Below the pieces are notes generated by a model that was given only the letters and a program-made list of their open reading frames with translations, was not told where the DNA came from and did no database searches. A stretch of 33,795 bases of DNA from NCBI GenBank assembly GCA_020443005.1, contig JAGRJA010000398.1, positions 1 through 33,795 on the forward strand, written 5' to 3'. How positions within the stretch are numbered: the first letter of the stretch is position 1; every line of letters starts with the position of its first letter. Shown piece after piece: positions 26,044 through 33,795 of the stretch. A program made the translations under genes and the position numbers. This DNA is from Pseudomonadales bacterium. GTDB lineage: Bacteria; Pseudomonadota; Gammaproteobacteria; Pseudomonadales; UBA7239.

Positions 26044-28380
26044 GTGAATGACAATAAAACGCATATTTCCGGTTTCATGCTAGCCCTTCTTTTTTTTCTT
26101 TTTTTCCTTTCCGGTTTTTCGGCGCTGGTTTACCAGGTTATCTGGCAACGCATGCTGGGGCTTTTTTCCGGCGTGGATTTGTATTCGGCCACAATCATTG
26201 TTTCTGCATTTATGTTGGGCATGGGCTGCGGTACGCTGACAGGGGGTGGTCTGGCCGACCGGAGAACAACCCGGCAGCTTCTGGGCTTGTTTGCGTTTGC
26301 AGAATTGATGATTGGATGTTTTGCCCTGATCAGCAAGTGGCTCTATTACGATATTCTCTATCAGTCATTTCCCGGATTGGGCCAGAACCCGCTATTGCTG
26401 GGTTTTGTACTGTTTGCCAGCTTATTGATTCCGACCTTTTTTATGGGGCTGACGCTGCCCTTGTTGTCCAAAGCACTTACCCGGCAACTGGATGAAGCCG
26501 CTCTGAAAATTGGTGCGCTCTATGGCGTAAATACCTTGGGAGCTTCCTTTGGTGCGATCAGTTCTTTTTTCCTGATTCACCGGCTCGGTTTTGAGGGTGC
26601 TTTATCCTTCGGTGCCATTTTGAATTTGCTGGTCATGAGCGGTTCAGTCTTGCTCTTTTTTCATTTCAGGCAATCGCCATCAATCGTCTCCGGGGAAGCG
26701 ATAAAATCGAAGGCTACTGCTACTGCTACTGCTACTGCTACTGCTACTGCTACTGTTGGCAAAAAACCATTAAATCTGGCTGACACCGGGAAGATTAACC
26801 TCTGGATAGCCGTGTATGCGGTTTCCGGTTTTATGGCTTTGGGCCTGGAATTGCTTTGGCTAAGGTTGGTGAATGTTTTTTATGGCTCCGTTTCCTACAC
26901 ATTCAGTGCCATTATGTTTTTGTATTTGCTGGGCCTTGCGCTGGGTACATTTGCCGGTTTGAAGCTTGCGCCTCAAAGCAAAAGACCCGTTCAGGGCTTT
27001 TTGTCGGTACAAACCGGCATCGCCCTGTATTCGATATTATCGGTAATCCTGATTATTCGGTTTATTGACCACGCGCCCGTTTTTGCTGATGCCTGGTGGT
27101 TCCTGAATACACGGGGTTTGGTGCAGGGTCTTGAAAAGGCAATACATGTCTACTTGCTCCTGCCGGCGATGATCATTCTTCCACCGACCGTCCTGATGGG
27201 TATCAGTTTTCCCTATTTGCAGCAGGTTATCCAAAATGATCTTGATAGCATCGGGCGCAAAGTGGGCTGGTTACAGACTGCCAATATCATCGGTTCGACA
27301 CTGGGCGCGAGTTGTGTCGGTATTGTAATGCTGGCGCTGGCCGGTACAGCCGGCACCCTGAAAATACTGTTTTTGATGTCGGTTTTGTACCCCTTGCTGT
27401 TGTGGCGTTCGCTGTCTGTAGAGCGCTCGTCGCCCGTGAGGTCGACCGGTTACCTGTTGACAGTAGCCTGTTATGTCGGCTTGTCTTTTCTGGTTCCGGA
27501 TAATCACAGTCTGTGGGCAAAAATGCACGGAACAAATGTCGATAAGCTGATTGTTGGAGAAGATGGTTCGGGCGTTGTTGCCATGCGCAGTGAAACAGAG
27601 CCTTTTTCCCAGTCGGCCTACCTTGATAAAACGCTGGTTTACCTGAATGGCTCAACGATAAGCGCGATACCCTATGGTGGTTTGCATACCAAGCTGGGGC
27701 TGTTGCCGGCCATGCTGCATCCCCACCCGGAGGAGGTGGCGATAATTGGTCTGGGCTCGGGGGATACGCTTTTTGCGGCAGGTAGCAGGGAAGAAATAAA
27801 GTCCATCACCAATATCGAAATCGCATTTCAGCAAAAAAATGTATTACAGAAATTACATGAAACCAGACCTTATCGGGGCATTGAGCGCTTGCTTACCGAT
27901 AACCGCTTTAACTATATCTGGACAGATGCAAGAACCTGGCTAATGAGAAGCGGTAAAAAATTTGACATTATTGAAGCTGATGCCCTGTATCCTCATCATG
28001 CCTACTCCGGTAATCTGTACTCAAGAGAGTATTTTGAATTGATGCTGAACCACCTGAAACCGGGTGGATTTGCGGCTTCATGGATACCTACTGAACGAAC
28101 GGCCAACACTTTCCGTTCCGTATTTCCGTATATTCTCAATATTGGTGGCTGGCTTTTTATTGGTAGTAATGAGCCTATTGATATTGATATGAAACAGCTT
28201 AAGGAGCGACTTGAATCCGGATTTACCCGGCAATATTTTGAAGCAGTAGAATATGACTTTCATCGGGCGATTCACAATGAAATGAGTGATGTTTCACTCG
28301 AAACCCGATCCACAGACACCCCCGAAAGCAGGATGAATACGGATCTGTACCCGCGTGACGAGTTTCTGGTCCGGCAATGA
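26044..28380 (+). CDS. Fused polytopic membrane (MFS-like, 2 x 6 TM) / spermidine-synthase-like transferase protein
   Basis: 778 aa with about 13 TMs. The N-terminal motif FLSGFSALVYQVIWQRMLG recurs after the linker as AVSGFMALGLELLWLRLVN. The C-terminal soluble domain has VAIIGLGSGDT (nucleotide/SAM-type Gly loop) and FDIIEADAL. The start is GTG 26044, with ATG 26077 as an alternative. Confidence 0.8.
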   Translation: MNDNKTHISGFMLALLFFLFFLSGFSALVYQVIWQRMLGLFSGVDLYSATIIVSAFMLGMGCGTLTGGGLADRRTTRQLLGLFAFAELMIGCFALISKWLYYDILYQSFPGLGQNPLLLGFVLFASLLIPTFFMGLTLPLLSKALTRQLDEAALKIGALYGVNTLGASFGAISSFFLIHRLGFEGALSFGAILNLLVMSGSVLLFFHFRQSPSIVSGEAIKSKATATATATATATATVGKKPLNLADTGKINLWIAVYAVSGFMALGLELLWLRLVNVFYGSVSYTFSAIMFLYLLGLALGTFAGLKLAPQSKRPVQGFLSVQTGIALYSILSVILIIRFIDHAPVFADAWWFLNTRGLVQGLEKAIHVYLLLPAMIILPPTVLMGISFPYLQQVIQNDLDSIGRKVGWLQTANIIGSTLGASCVGIVMLALAGTAGTLKILFLMSVLYPLLLWRSLSVERSSPVRSTGYLLTVACYVGLSFLVPDNHSLWAKMHGTNVDKLIVGEDGSGVVAMRSETEPFSQSAYLDKTLVYLNGSTISAIPYGGLHTKLGLLPAMLHPHPEEVAIIGLGSGDTLFAAGSREEIKSITNIEIAFQQKNVLQKLHETRPYRGIERLLTDNRFNYIWTDARTWLMRSGKKFDIIEADALYPHHAYSGNLYSREYFELMLNHLKPGGFAASWIPTERTANTFRSVFPYILNIGGWLFIGSNEPIDIDMKQLKERLESGFTRQYFEAVEYDFHRAIHNEMSDVSLETRSTDTPESRMNTDLYPRDEFLVRQ
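26713..26754 (+). repeat. Perfect hexanucleotide microsatellite (GCTACT)x7 encoding (Ala-Thr)7
   Basis: Read directly. It is in frame with the 26044 ORF (26713-26044 = 669 = 3 x 223) and lies in the loop between the two 6-TM halves. Confidence 0.97.
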
Positions 28381-28413
28381 AAGGCTAACCGAGCTACAAT
28401 TTCAGGAGTTTTT

Positions 28414-29355
28414 ATGACAAAAGTGTTTGAAGATAACAGTCTGTCAATTGGCAAAACCCCCCTTGTCAAAATTAACCGTATTACCAGTGGCAAGGTGTTT
28501 GCCAAGATTGAAAGCCGAAACCCGGCGAATTCGGTTAAATGCCGGATAGGTGCAAACATGATTTGGGCGGGGGAAAAGCAGGGAAGACTCAAGCCCGGCA
28601 TGCAAATAGTAGAGCCGACCAGTGGTAATACCGGTATTGCGCTGGCGTTTGTGGCGGCTTCCCGGGGTTATTCCATTACGCTGACCATGCCGGAAACCAT
28701 GAGCATCGAGCGTCGGCAAATCATGGCAGCACTGGGGGCCAATGTGGTGTTGACGGAAGGCGCGAAAGGTATGCCGGGTGCGATAGCCAGGGCCGAAGAG
28801 ATTTGTGCAAAAGATCCTGATAATACCTTTATGCCAGGCCAGTTTGATAACCCGGCAAACCCTGAAATTCACGAGCTGACCACCGGCCCCGAGATATGGG
28901 AGGATACGGCGGGTGACATTGATGTGCTCGTCAGCGGCGTAGGTACAGGTGGAACCATTTCCGGGATTTCCCGTTTCATCAAAAAAACCAAAGGTAAAGC
29001 TATTACCGCTGTGGCCATAGAGCCGGCTTCCTCGACGGTGATTGCTTCTGCATTGAATGGTGTGGAACTCACTCATGGCCCTCACAAGATACAGGGTATC
29101 GGTGCCGGGTTTTTGCCAAAGAACCTTGATCTCTCCCTGATTGACCGGGTGGAGCAGGTCAGCAATGAGGATGCCATGACCTGGGCCCACAAGCTGATGA
29201 AGGAGGAGGGGATTCTTGCCGGTATTTCCAGTGGTGCAGCAATGTGTGTTGCCGATCGCATTGCGAGTCAGCCCGCGTTTTCTGGAAAGACTGTGGTTGT
29301 GATACTGCCGGATTCAGCTGAACGCTATCTGTCATCAGCACTGTTTGAAGGCTGA
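28414..29355 (+). CDS. cysK: Cysteine synthase A (O-acetylserine sulfhydrylase)
   Basis: 313 aa, near-collinear with E. coli CysK as I remember it: [18 protein letters not shown], the PLP lysine in [16 protein letters not shown], and [30 protein letters not shown]. Confidence 0.95.
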   Translation: MTKVFEDNSLSIGKTPLVKINRITSGKVFAKIESRNPANSVKCRIGANMIWAGEKQGRLKPGMQIVEPTSGNTGIALAFVAASRGYSITLTMPETMSIERRQIMAALGANVVLTEGAKGMPGAIARAEEICAKDPDNTFMPGQFDNPANPEIHELTTGPEIWEDTAGDIDVLVSGVGTGGTISGISRFIKKTKGKAITAVAIEPASSTVIASALNGVELTHGPHKIQGIGAGFLPKNLDLSLIDRVEQVSNEDAMTWAHKLMKEEGILAGISSGAAMCVADRIASQPAFSGKTVVVILPDSAERYLSSALFEG

Positions 29356-29403
29356 ACCGGTTTTGGCGCAGGTTAAACGAAGGAAGAAGGGACTTTGGGC
29401 AAA

Positions 29404-29928
29404 ATGAAAACATCTTCCCCCAGGCTTGTTTTTTTGGGCATGGCCATTTTTTCCACTGGCCTGATTGCGACAGCATTGTATATGCAGGAGGTGCTCGGCT
29501 TGCACCCTTGCCCACTCTGTATAACCCAGCGGATTTTCGTCATTGTCGTCGGTGTGCTTGCCTTTCTGGCCTGTTTGCACAACCCCGGCAAGACCGGCAT
29601 CAGGGTTTATGCGTTTCTTTGTGCGCTTGCTGCCTTGCTTGGTGCTGGTGTGGCTGCCCGGCATGTCTGGATTCAAAACCTGCCGGAAGATCAGGTGCCA
29701 GCGTGTGGTCCGGGCTTGCAGTATATGTTTGAGCACTTCCCTTTCATGAAAGCGCTGGAATTGCTGTTTATGGGCGATGGTAATTGTGCGGATGTGGTTT
29801 GGCAGTTTATGGGACTGAGTATCCCGGCCTGGACGCTGCTTGCCTTTGTGTGTTTTGTGATTGCAGGTGTCTGGCTTTTTCTGCGAGCACCGCTTTTCAA
29901 AGGTAGCAGCGATAAGCAGGCTTCATAA
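29404..29928 (+). CDS. dsbB: Disulfide bond formation protein B
   Basis: From ATG 29404; the track starts at TTG 29395. It has 4 TMs, the first Cys pair HPCPLCITQR, and second-loop cysteines (PACGPG...GNCADV). Confidence 0.9.
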   Translation: MKTSSPRLVFLGMAIFSTGLIATALYMQEVLGLHPCPLCITQRIFVIVVGVLAFLACLHNPGKTGIRVYAFLCALAALLGAGVAARHVWIQNLPEDQVPACGPGLQYMFEHFPFMKALELLFMGDGNCADVVWQFMGLSIPAWTLLAFVCFVIAGVWLFLRAPLFKGSSDKQAS

Positions 29929-29952
29929 AATGGAAATATTCAGGCCTGAAAG

Positions 29953-29979
29953 AAAAAACCCGCTGTTCAGCGGGTTTTT
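29953..29979. terminator. Bidirectional rho-independent terminator shared by the convergent dsbB and FKBP genes
   Basis: AAAAAA-CCCGCTG-tt-CAGCGGG-TTTTT. The stem has an A-tract on one side and a T-tract on the other. Confidence 0.75.
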
Positions 29980-30008
29980 CAAGCGGTGGAGTGATAGCGT
30001 GTACCTGA

Positions 30009-30827
30009 TCACTCGTTAACCTGTTCCTCTTCATCCTGACTTGCTTTCAGCAACTCGACTTCAAAGATAAGGGTGGAATTGGGGCCGATATCCCTGCCGG
30101 CGCCACCGGGGCCGTAGGCCAGATCGGAAGGCAGGTAAATTTCCCATTTGGAGCCTTCTGGCATCAGTTGCAAGGCTTCTGTCCAGCCAGGGATCACTTG
30201 ATTCAATGCAAAAGTAGCGGGCTCCCCGCGCTCGATTGAGCTGTCAAAAACAGTGCCATTAATCAGCTTGCCGACATAGTGAACGGTTACAACATCTTCT
30301 GCAGAAGGTTTGGGGCCACTGCCTTCCGTAATGATTTTGTATTGCAAACCACTTTCAGTGGTATTGACGCCTTCTTTTACGGCATTTTCGGCCAGGAATT
30401 TCTCGCCTTCCATTTTATTGACTTCACCCTGGGCCAGTCGTTGTGCTTCCATTTCGGCCTGCATTTTTTGCTGTTTTTCCATCATCTGCTTCTGGAAGGC
30501 CATTGCCGTTTTCTGCATTTCCTCTTCGCTCAGTCGCGGTTCCTTGCCCGAAAAGGCATCTCTCATGCCAGCGGCAACATAGTCGACATCAATTTCGATA
30601 TTCTGGTTGGCGAATTGCCCGCCTACCTCCAGGCCGAGGATATAACTTAACCGGTTTTTTTCGGTGCTGAGATCAATATCGTCGGCACTGCTTTTGGCAG
30701 GAGCGGCCGCTGGGCTAACGGTGGCAACTGTATCTGTCGAGGTAGAGGGTGCGGTGTTTTCCTTGCAGGATTGCAAGCCAAGTGCAGTAGTTATAACGGC
30801 AATGGCAACTAGGGTTTTTTTCATCAT
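30009..30827 (-). CDS. fkpA: FKBP-type peptidyl-prolyl cis-trans isomerase, FkpA/Mip architecture, with a lipoprotein-type signal peptide
   Basis: 272 aa. MMKKTLVAIAVITTALGLQSC has a lipobox-like LQSC. The N-terminal dimerisation helix region is followed by a C-terminal FKBP domain (VTVHYVGKLINGTVFDSS...LIFEVELL). Confidence 0.88.
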   Translation of the reverse strand: MMKKTLVAIAVITTALGLQSCKENTAPSTSTDTVATVSPAAAPAKSSADDIDLSTEKNRLSYILGLEVGGQFANQNIEIDVDYVAAGMRDAFSGKEPRLSEEEMQKTAMAFQKQMMEKQQKMQAEMEAQRLAQGEVNKMEGEKFLAENAVKEGVNTTESGLQYKIITEGSGPKPSAEDVVTVHYVGKLINGTVFDSSIERGEPATFALNQVIPGWTEALQLMPEGSKWEIYLPSDLAYGPGGAGRDIGPNSTLIFEVELLKASQDEEEQVNE

Positions 30828-30857
30828 CGTTTGTCCATTCTATGTGAAGAGTGGGGC

Positions 30858-30886
30858 ATGATACCGCAAGCATTGAATTTGTTGAA
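30858..30886 (-). promoter_or_regulatory. Sigma-70-type promoter candidate for the FKBP gene
   Basis: The minus strand reads TTCAAC (30881-30886), a 17-nt spacer, then TATCAT (30858-30863), ~30 nt upstream of the ATG. Confidence 0.4.
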
Positions 30887-30920
30887 CCGGAATGAAGCTG
30901 CTGGCGTGATTTATGGATGA

Positions 30921-31985
30921 CTATTCGTGCAGGGCGGCATAATAATCCGGGCCTTCCTCATCGCGGATAACAGCTTGATAATGGTATACCCCGTCTTCGT
31001 CTGTTGTTCGGCTTAGCCAGTTTCGTTCGAGCATCAGCCTCAAGTGAGCAAGGCATTCCCCCAGCGCCATCATCATTTGGCTATTGTCGAGGTTTTTTCG
31101 GAACAGTACCGGCAACAGTTCCACGGCCGAGCGCGGAGTGGAGCAGGCCTCCAGAAGCAGTTGCATGTGTTTTTCATGGTGTTGTATCAGGCTGTTGATG
31201 CGTTCCTGGATGCCGTAGAAAGGCAGCTTGTGAGCGGGCAGAACCAGCGTGTCTGCGGGTAGCTCGCGAAAACGATCCAGCGATTCCAGCCAGCTTTGCA
31301 AGGGGTTGCCGTCGGGTTCAATGGATGTCACGCTGACATTGGAAGAAATGTCGGGAATAATCTGGTCGCCAGAAATCAGTATGTTCAGCTCGGCGCAGTA
31401 CAAACAGGCGTGCTCGGGTGAGTGGCCTTCACCAATCATGATGCGCCACTGGTGCTTGCCGATTTTTAGAAACTGCCCCTCGCGCAATCGTTGATAACTG
31501 CGCGGCAGGGGTTCGACCAGCGAGGAAAAGTCCATCGAACCTTTTCTGATCTTTTCGTAGTATTCGGGTGGCATTCCTGTGCCAATCAGGTGTTTTTTCA
31601 TCGCCCAGGAGTCGTGTTGAGGCACCGGGCTGCTGAAGGTTCTTGCCGCAAAATACTCACCAAAGGTCATATAGAACGGCGCTTGCCAGTGTTCACTCAG
31701 CCAGCCGGCCTGACCGACATGATCCGGATGCATATGCGTGGCAATGATCTTTGTAACGGGTTTGCCTGACAGTTCTTTATCAAAAACCTGCAGCCAATGC
31801 TGTTGCGTACTTTGCCCTTTCATTCCCGTATCGATAATGGCCCAGCCTTCGCCATCTTCCAGCAGATAAAGGTTGATATGATCGAGTGCAATCGGCAGGG
31901 GCATTCTCGCCCACAAAATACCGGGGGCGATAAGGGTGCAAGTGCCGGGTTCGGGGGCTTCGGTGAAAGGAAAGTTGAGCGACAT
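30921..31985 (-). CDS. MBL-fold metallo-hydrolase
   Basis: HxHxDH motif in IATHMHPDHVGQAG, with further His/Asp ligands (GEGHSPEH). ATG 31985 is chosen; the track's TTG 32015 would add 10 aa. Confidence 0.8.
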   Translation of the reverse strand: MSLNFPFTEAPEPGTCTLIAPGILWARMPLPIALDHINLYLLEDGEGWAIIDTGMKGQSTQQHWLQVFDKELSGKPVTKIIATHMHPDHVGQAGWLSEHWQAPFYMTFGEYFAARTFSSPVPQHDSWAMKKHLIGTGMPPEYYEKIRKGSMDFSSLVEPLPRSYQRLREGQFLKIGKHQWRIMIGEGHSPEHACLYCAELNILISGDQIIPDISSNVSVTSIEPDGNPLQSWLESLDRFRELPADTLVLPAHKLPFYGIQERINSLIQHHEKHMQLLLEACSTPRSAVELLPVLFRKNLDNSQMMMALGECLAHLRLMLERNWLSRTTDEDGVYHYQAVIRDEEGPDYYAALHE

Positions 31986-32137
31986 GAGGAGCTGCTTAGC
32001 GGTATTTGCAACCAATGTATAAGAAAAACATTTTGATATCTTTAGGCGTTAATACTTAAAACAGTTTCAATGGGGGTGTTTTCGCTCGACTGCTGCCGGG
32101 TTCATGGGCTCGGTTTTGCCAAAATCCTGTGCAATGT

Positions 32138-32166
32138 TTGACAAGGCAACGAAGGCTTCTTAGTAT
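32138..32166 (+). promoter_or_regulatory. Strong sigma-70-type promoter candidate for the flavin reductase/ligase genes
   Basis: TTGACA (32138-32143), a 17-nt spacer, then TAGTAT (32161-32166), ~100 nt upstream of the ATG at 32268. Confidence 0.55.
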
Positions 32167-32267
32167 CGACAGCCCTTGTTTGTACCCGGCTTGTTTTTGG
32201 TGGGTGACAATAACGGGCATTTTTTCGTCAATGCACAAAACAAGGGATTACATTCCGTTTTTCCGTT

Positions 32268-32774
32268 ATGGAGTCGCCAATGGCGCTTTTTCAAAACGAT
32301 CCTGTTGAAGCAATGAAAGCAGGAATGCGGCGCCTGGCTTCTGCAGTCAGCATTGTCTCGCTCAGTGATGATGACAATCAGCGTCATGCCATGACAGTCA
32401 GCTCGGTAACCTCGCTCTCGGATAACCCGGCTTCTCTGCTGGTTTGTATTAACAAGTCGGCAGCCTGCTCTACAGCGTTTCGCCCGGAGAGGCTGTTTGC
32501 CATCAATATCCTGAAAAACCATCAGCAGGATTTATCCGGCATCTGTGCCGGGCAAGAACAGGGAGAGCAGCGATTTATAAAGGGAAATTGGGCGCAGGAG
32601 GGTTCAGTGCCTTATTTGCCGGATGCAGATGCGAGCATTTTTTGCAAGAATGTGAAAATTGTCGAGTACGGTACCCATATTATTGTTATCGGTAATGTTG
32701 AAAAGGTGATAACGGCTGATGACGAGCCTCGACCCTTGCTGTATCTGAACGGCTCATACCACACCCTTTCCTGA
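32268..32774 (+). CDS. Flavin reductase family protein (HpaC/RutF-like NAD(P)H-flavin oxidoreductase)
   Basis: 168 aa. AMKAGMRRLASAVSIVS...RHAMTVSSVTSLSDNPASLLVCINKSA is typical of the flavin_reduct fold. ATG 32280, with GGAG 5 nt upstream, is an alternative start. Confidence 0.82.
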   Translation: MESPMALFQNDPVEAMKAGMRRLASAVSIVSLSDDDNQRHAMTVSSVTSLSDNPASLLVCINKSAACSTAFRPERLFAINILKNHQQDLSGICAGQEQGEQRFIKGNWAQEGSVPYLPDADASIFCKNVKIVEYGTHIIVIGNVEKVITADDEPRPLLYLNGSYHTLS

Positions 32775-32825
32775 GCAAGTGACAGCCACTACAGATTTTG
32801 CCTTTCTTTAAGGAGAACAGAATAC

Positions 32826-33795
32826 ATGAGCTTTGATGAAACACTGACTATCCCGAAACTGGTGCAGCGAGCGGCAGCAGAGTGGCCGGATCACCCGGCT
32901 ATTGAAGAAGAGGGTGAAATACTCAATTACGGTCAGCTCGAAAGGGCGCGTCTGCGTGCTGCAGCAGCCTTTATCGAGGCGGGCTTGCGCCCGGCTGAAA
33001 GGGTGGCAATCTGGGCGCCTAATATCAAAGAGTGGATTATTGCAGCACTGGGTGCGCAGTCGGTAGGCGGTATTATCGTGCCGGTTAACACCCGGATGAA
33101 AGGCGCTGAGGCCGGTTATGTATTGCGTACCAGTGGTGCCAGATTTCTATGCACTGTGCAGGGCTTTCTCGACCTTGATTACCCGGCCATGCTCCGTAGT
33201 GAAAAACTGCCCGAATTGCAGCAAATCATTCTGTTGAGAGGTCATTCGGAAGGTTGCACTGAGTGGGAAGATTTCTTGATCGCCGGTGAGAGAGTTGACA
33301 GCGATGAGGTGCGAATTCGTACTCAGGCAGTTAAACCCGATGATGCTTCTGACCTTATCTTCACTTCGGGTACTACAGGTAACCCGAAGGGTGTACAAAC
33401 CAGTCATCAACAAAATATCCGTGTTTTTGATGTCTGGAGCGAGCTGGTGGGTTTGGTGAAAGAAGATCGCTACCTGATTGTGAACCCGTTTTTCCATTCT
33501 TTTGGTTACAAGGCGGGCTGGCTGGCTTGCCTGATTCGCGGAGCAACGATTCTGCCAATGGCGGTTTTTGATGCGGAAGTGATTATGCAGCGTATCGGCA
33601 ACGAGCGAATTTCGGTACTGCCCGGGCCGCCAACACTTTATCAATCGATTCTCGCACACCCCAAAGTCGCCGATTATGACCTGTCCTGCTTGCGGCTGGC
33701 TGTCACCGGTGCCGCCGCCATTCCGGTTTCGTTAATTCACAGAATGCGTGATGAACTGCATTTCCAGACTGTGCTGACCGCTTATGGCTTGACCG
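32826..33795 (+). CDS. AMP-dependent acyl-CoA synthetase/ligase (possibly FadD3-like). The C-terminus runs off the window.
   Basis: Absent from the track because it has no stop in the window. AAGGAG lies 10 nt before ATG 32826. My translation reads MSFDETLTIPKLVQRAAAEWPDHPAIEE...DLIFTSGTTGNPKGVQTSH (AMP-binding motif I, ~33351-33400)...LTAYGLT. Confidence 0.85.
   Translation, partial: MSFDETLTIPKLVQRAAAEWPDHPAIEEEGEILNYGQLERARLRAAAAFIEAGLRPAERVAIWAPNIKEWIIAALGAQSVGGIIVPVNTRMKGAEAGYVLRTSGARFLCTVQGFLDLDYPAMLRSEKLPELQQIILLRGHSEGCTEWEDFLIAGERVDSDEVRIRTQAVKPDDASDLIFTSGTTGNPKGVQTSHQQNIRVFDVWSELVGLVKEDRYLIVNPFFHSFGYKAGWLACLIRGATILPMAVFDAEVIMQRIGNERISVLPGPPTLYQSILAHPKVADYDLSCLRLAVTGAAAIPVSLIHRMRDELHFQTVLTAYGLT

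Noticed and set aside
26713-26754. (GCTACT)7 as an on/off phase-variation switch or a CRISPR-like repeat.
   Set aside because: The unit length is a multiple of 3, so slippage keeps the frame. There are no spacers. I retained it only as a length-variable linker hypothesis.
28444-29190. Long antisense ORFs opposite strong genes: 28444-29190 versus cysK, 16534-17292 versus hslU, 18136-18960 versus argS, 8807-9463 and 9393-9962 versus ftsY, 14435-15031 versus trmB, 33147-33659 versus the CoA ligase, and 24393-24911 versus pckA.
   Set aside because: All are nested in CDSs with unambiguous motifs on the other strand. Their translations are low-complexity or motif-free, so they are shadow ORFs.

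Overview
This 33.8-kb window of mid-GC, gammaproteobacterial-type chromosome is densely packed with about 30 CDS, almost all conserved housekeeping genes. The gene blocks resemble those known from Pseudomonas and E. coli. In order they are: algC (long form, partial) and coaBC on the minus strand; radC-rpmB-rpmG-mutM on the plus strand; ggt-coaD-rsmD on the minus strand; ftsY-ftsE-ftsX-rpoH; DUF423-thiS-thiG-trmB; a small orphan ORF; hslU-hslV-SPOR-argS on the minus strand; a polytopic membrane protein; priA; pckA; a fused membrane/spermidine-synthase-like protein; cysK-dsbB; a lipoprotein FKBP; an MBL-fold hydrolase; and a flavin reductase with an acyl-CoA ligase (partial). I saw no rRNA, tRNA, CRISPR array, transposase, integrase, phage gene or recognisable defence, toxin-antitoxin or secretion module, so I cannot honestly point to a novel multi-gene system. 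The most interesting signals are regulatory or architectural. (1) A perfect-arm CIRCE (HrcA operator) sequence with an atypical 10-nt spacer sits directly upstream of rpoH and overlaps a sigma-E-type promoter. (2) A sigma-32-type promoter upstream of hslVU is embedded in an 11-bp perfect inverted repeat. (3) AlgC is fused to an N-terminal two-TM sensor-like domain. (4) Two large uncharacterised polytopic membrane proteins are present, and one carries an in-frame (GCTACT)7 microsatellite. All functional calls come from reading motifs in the translations. No database search was run.
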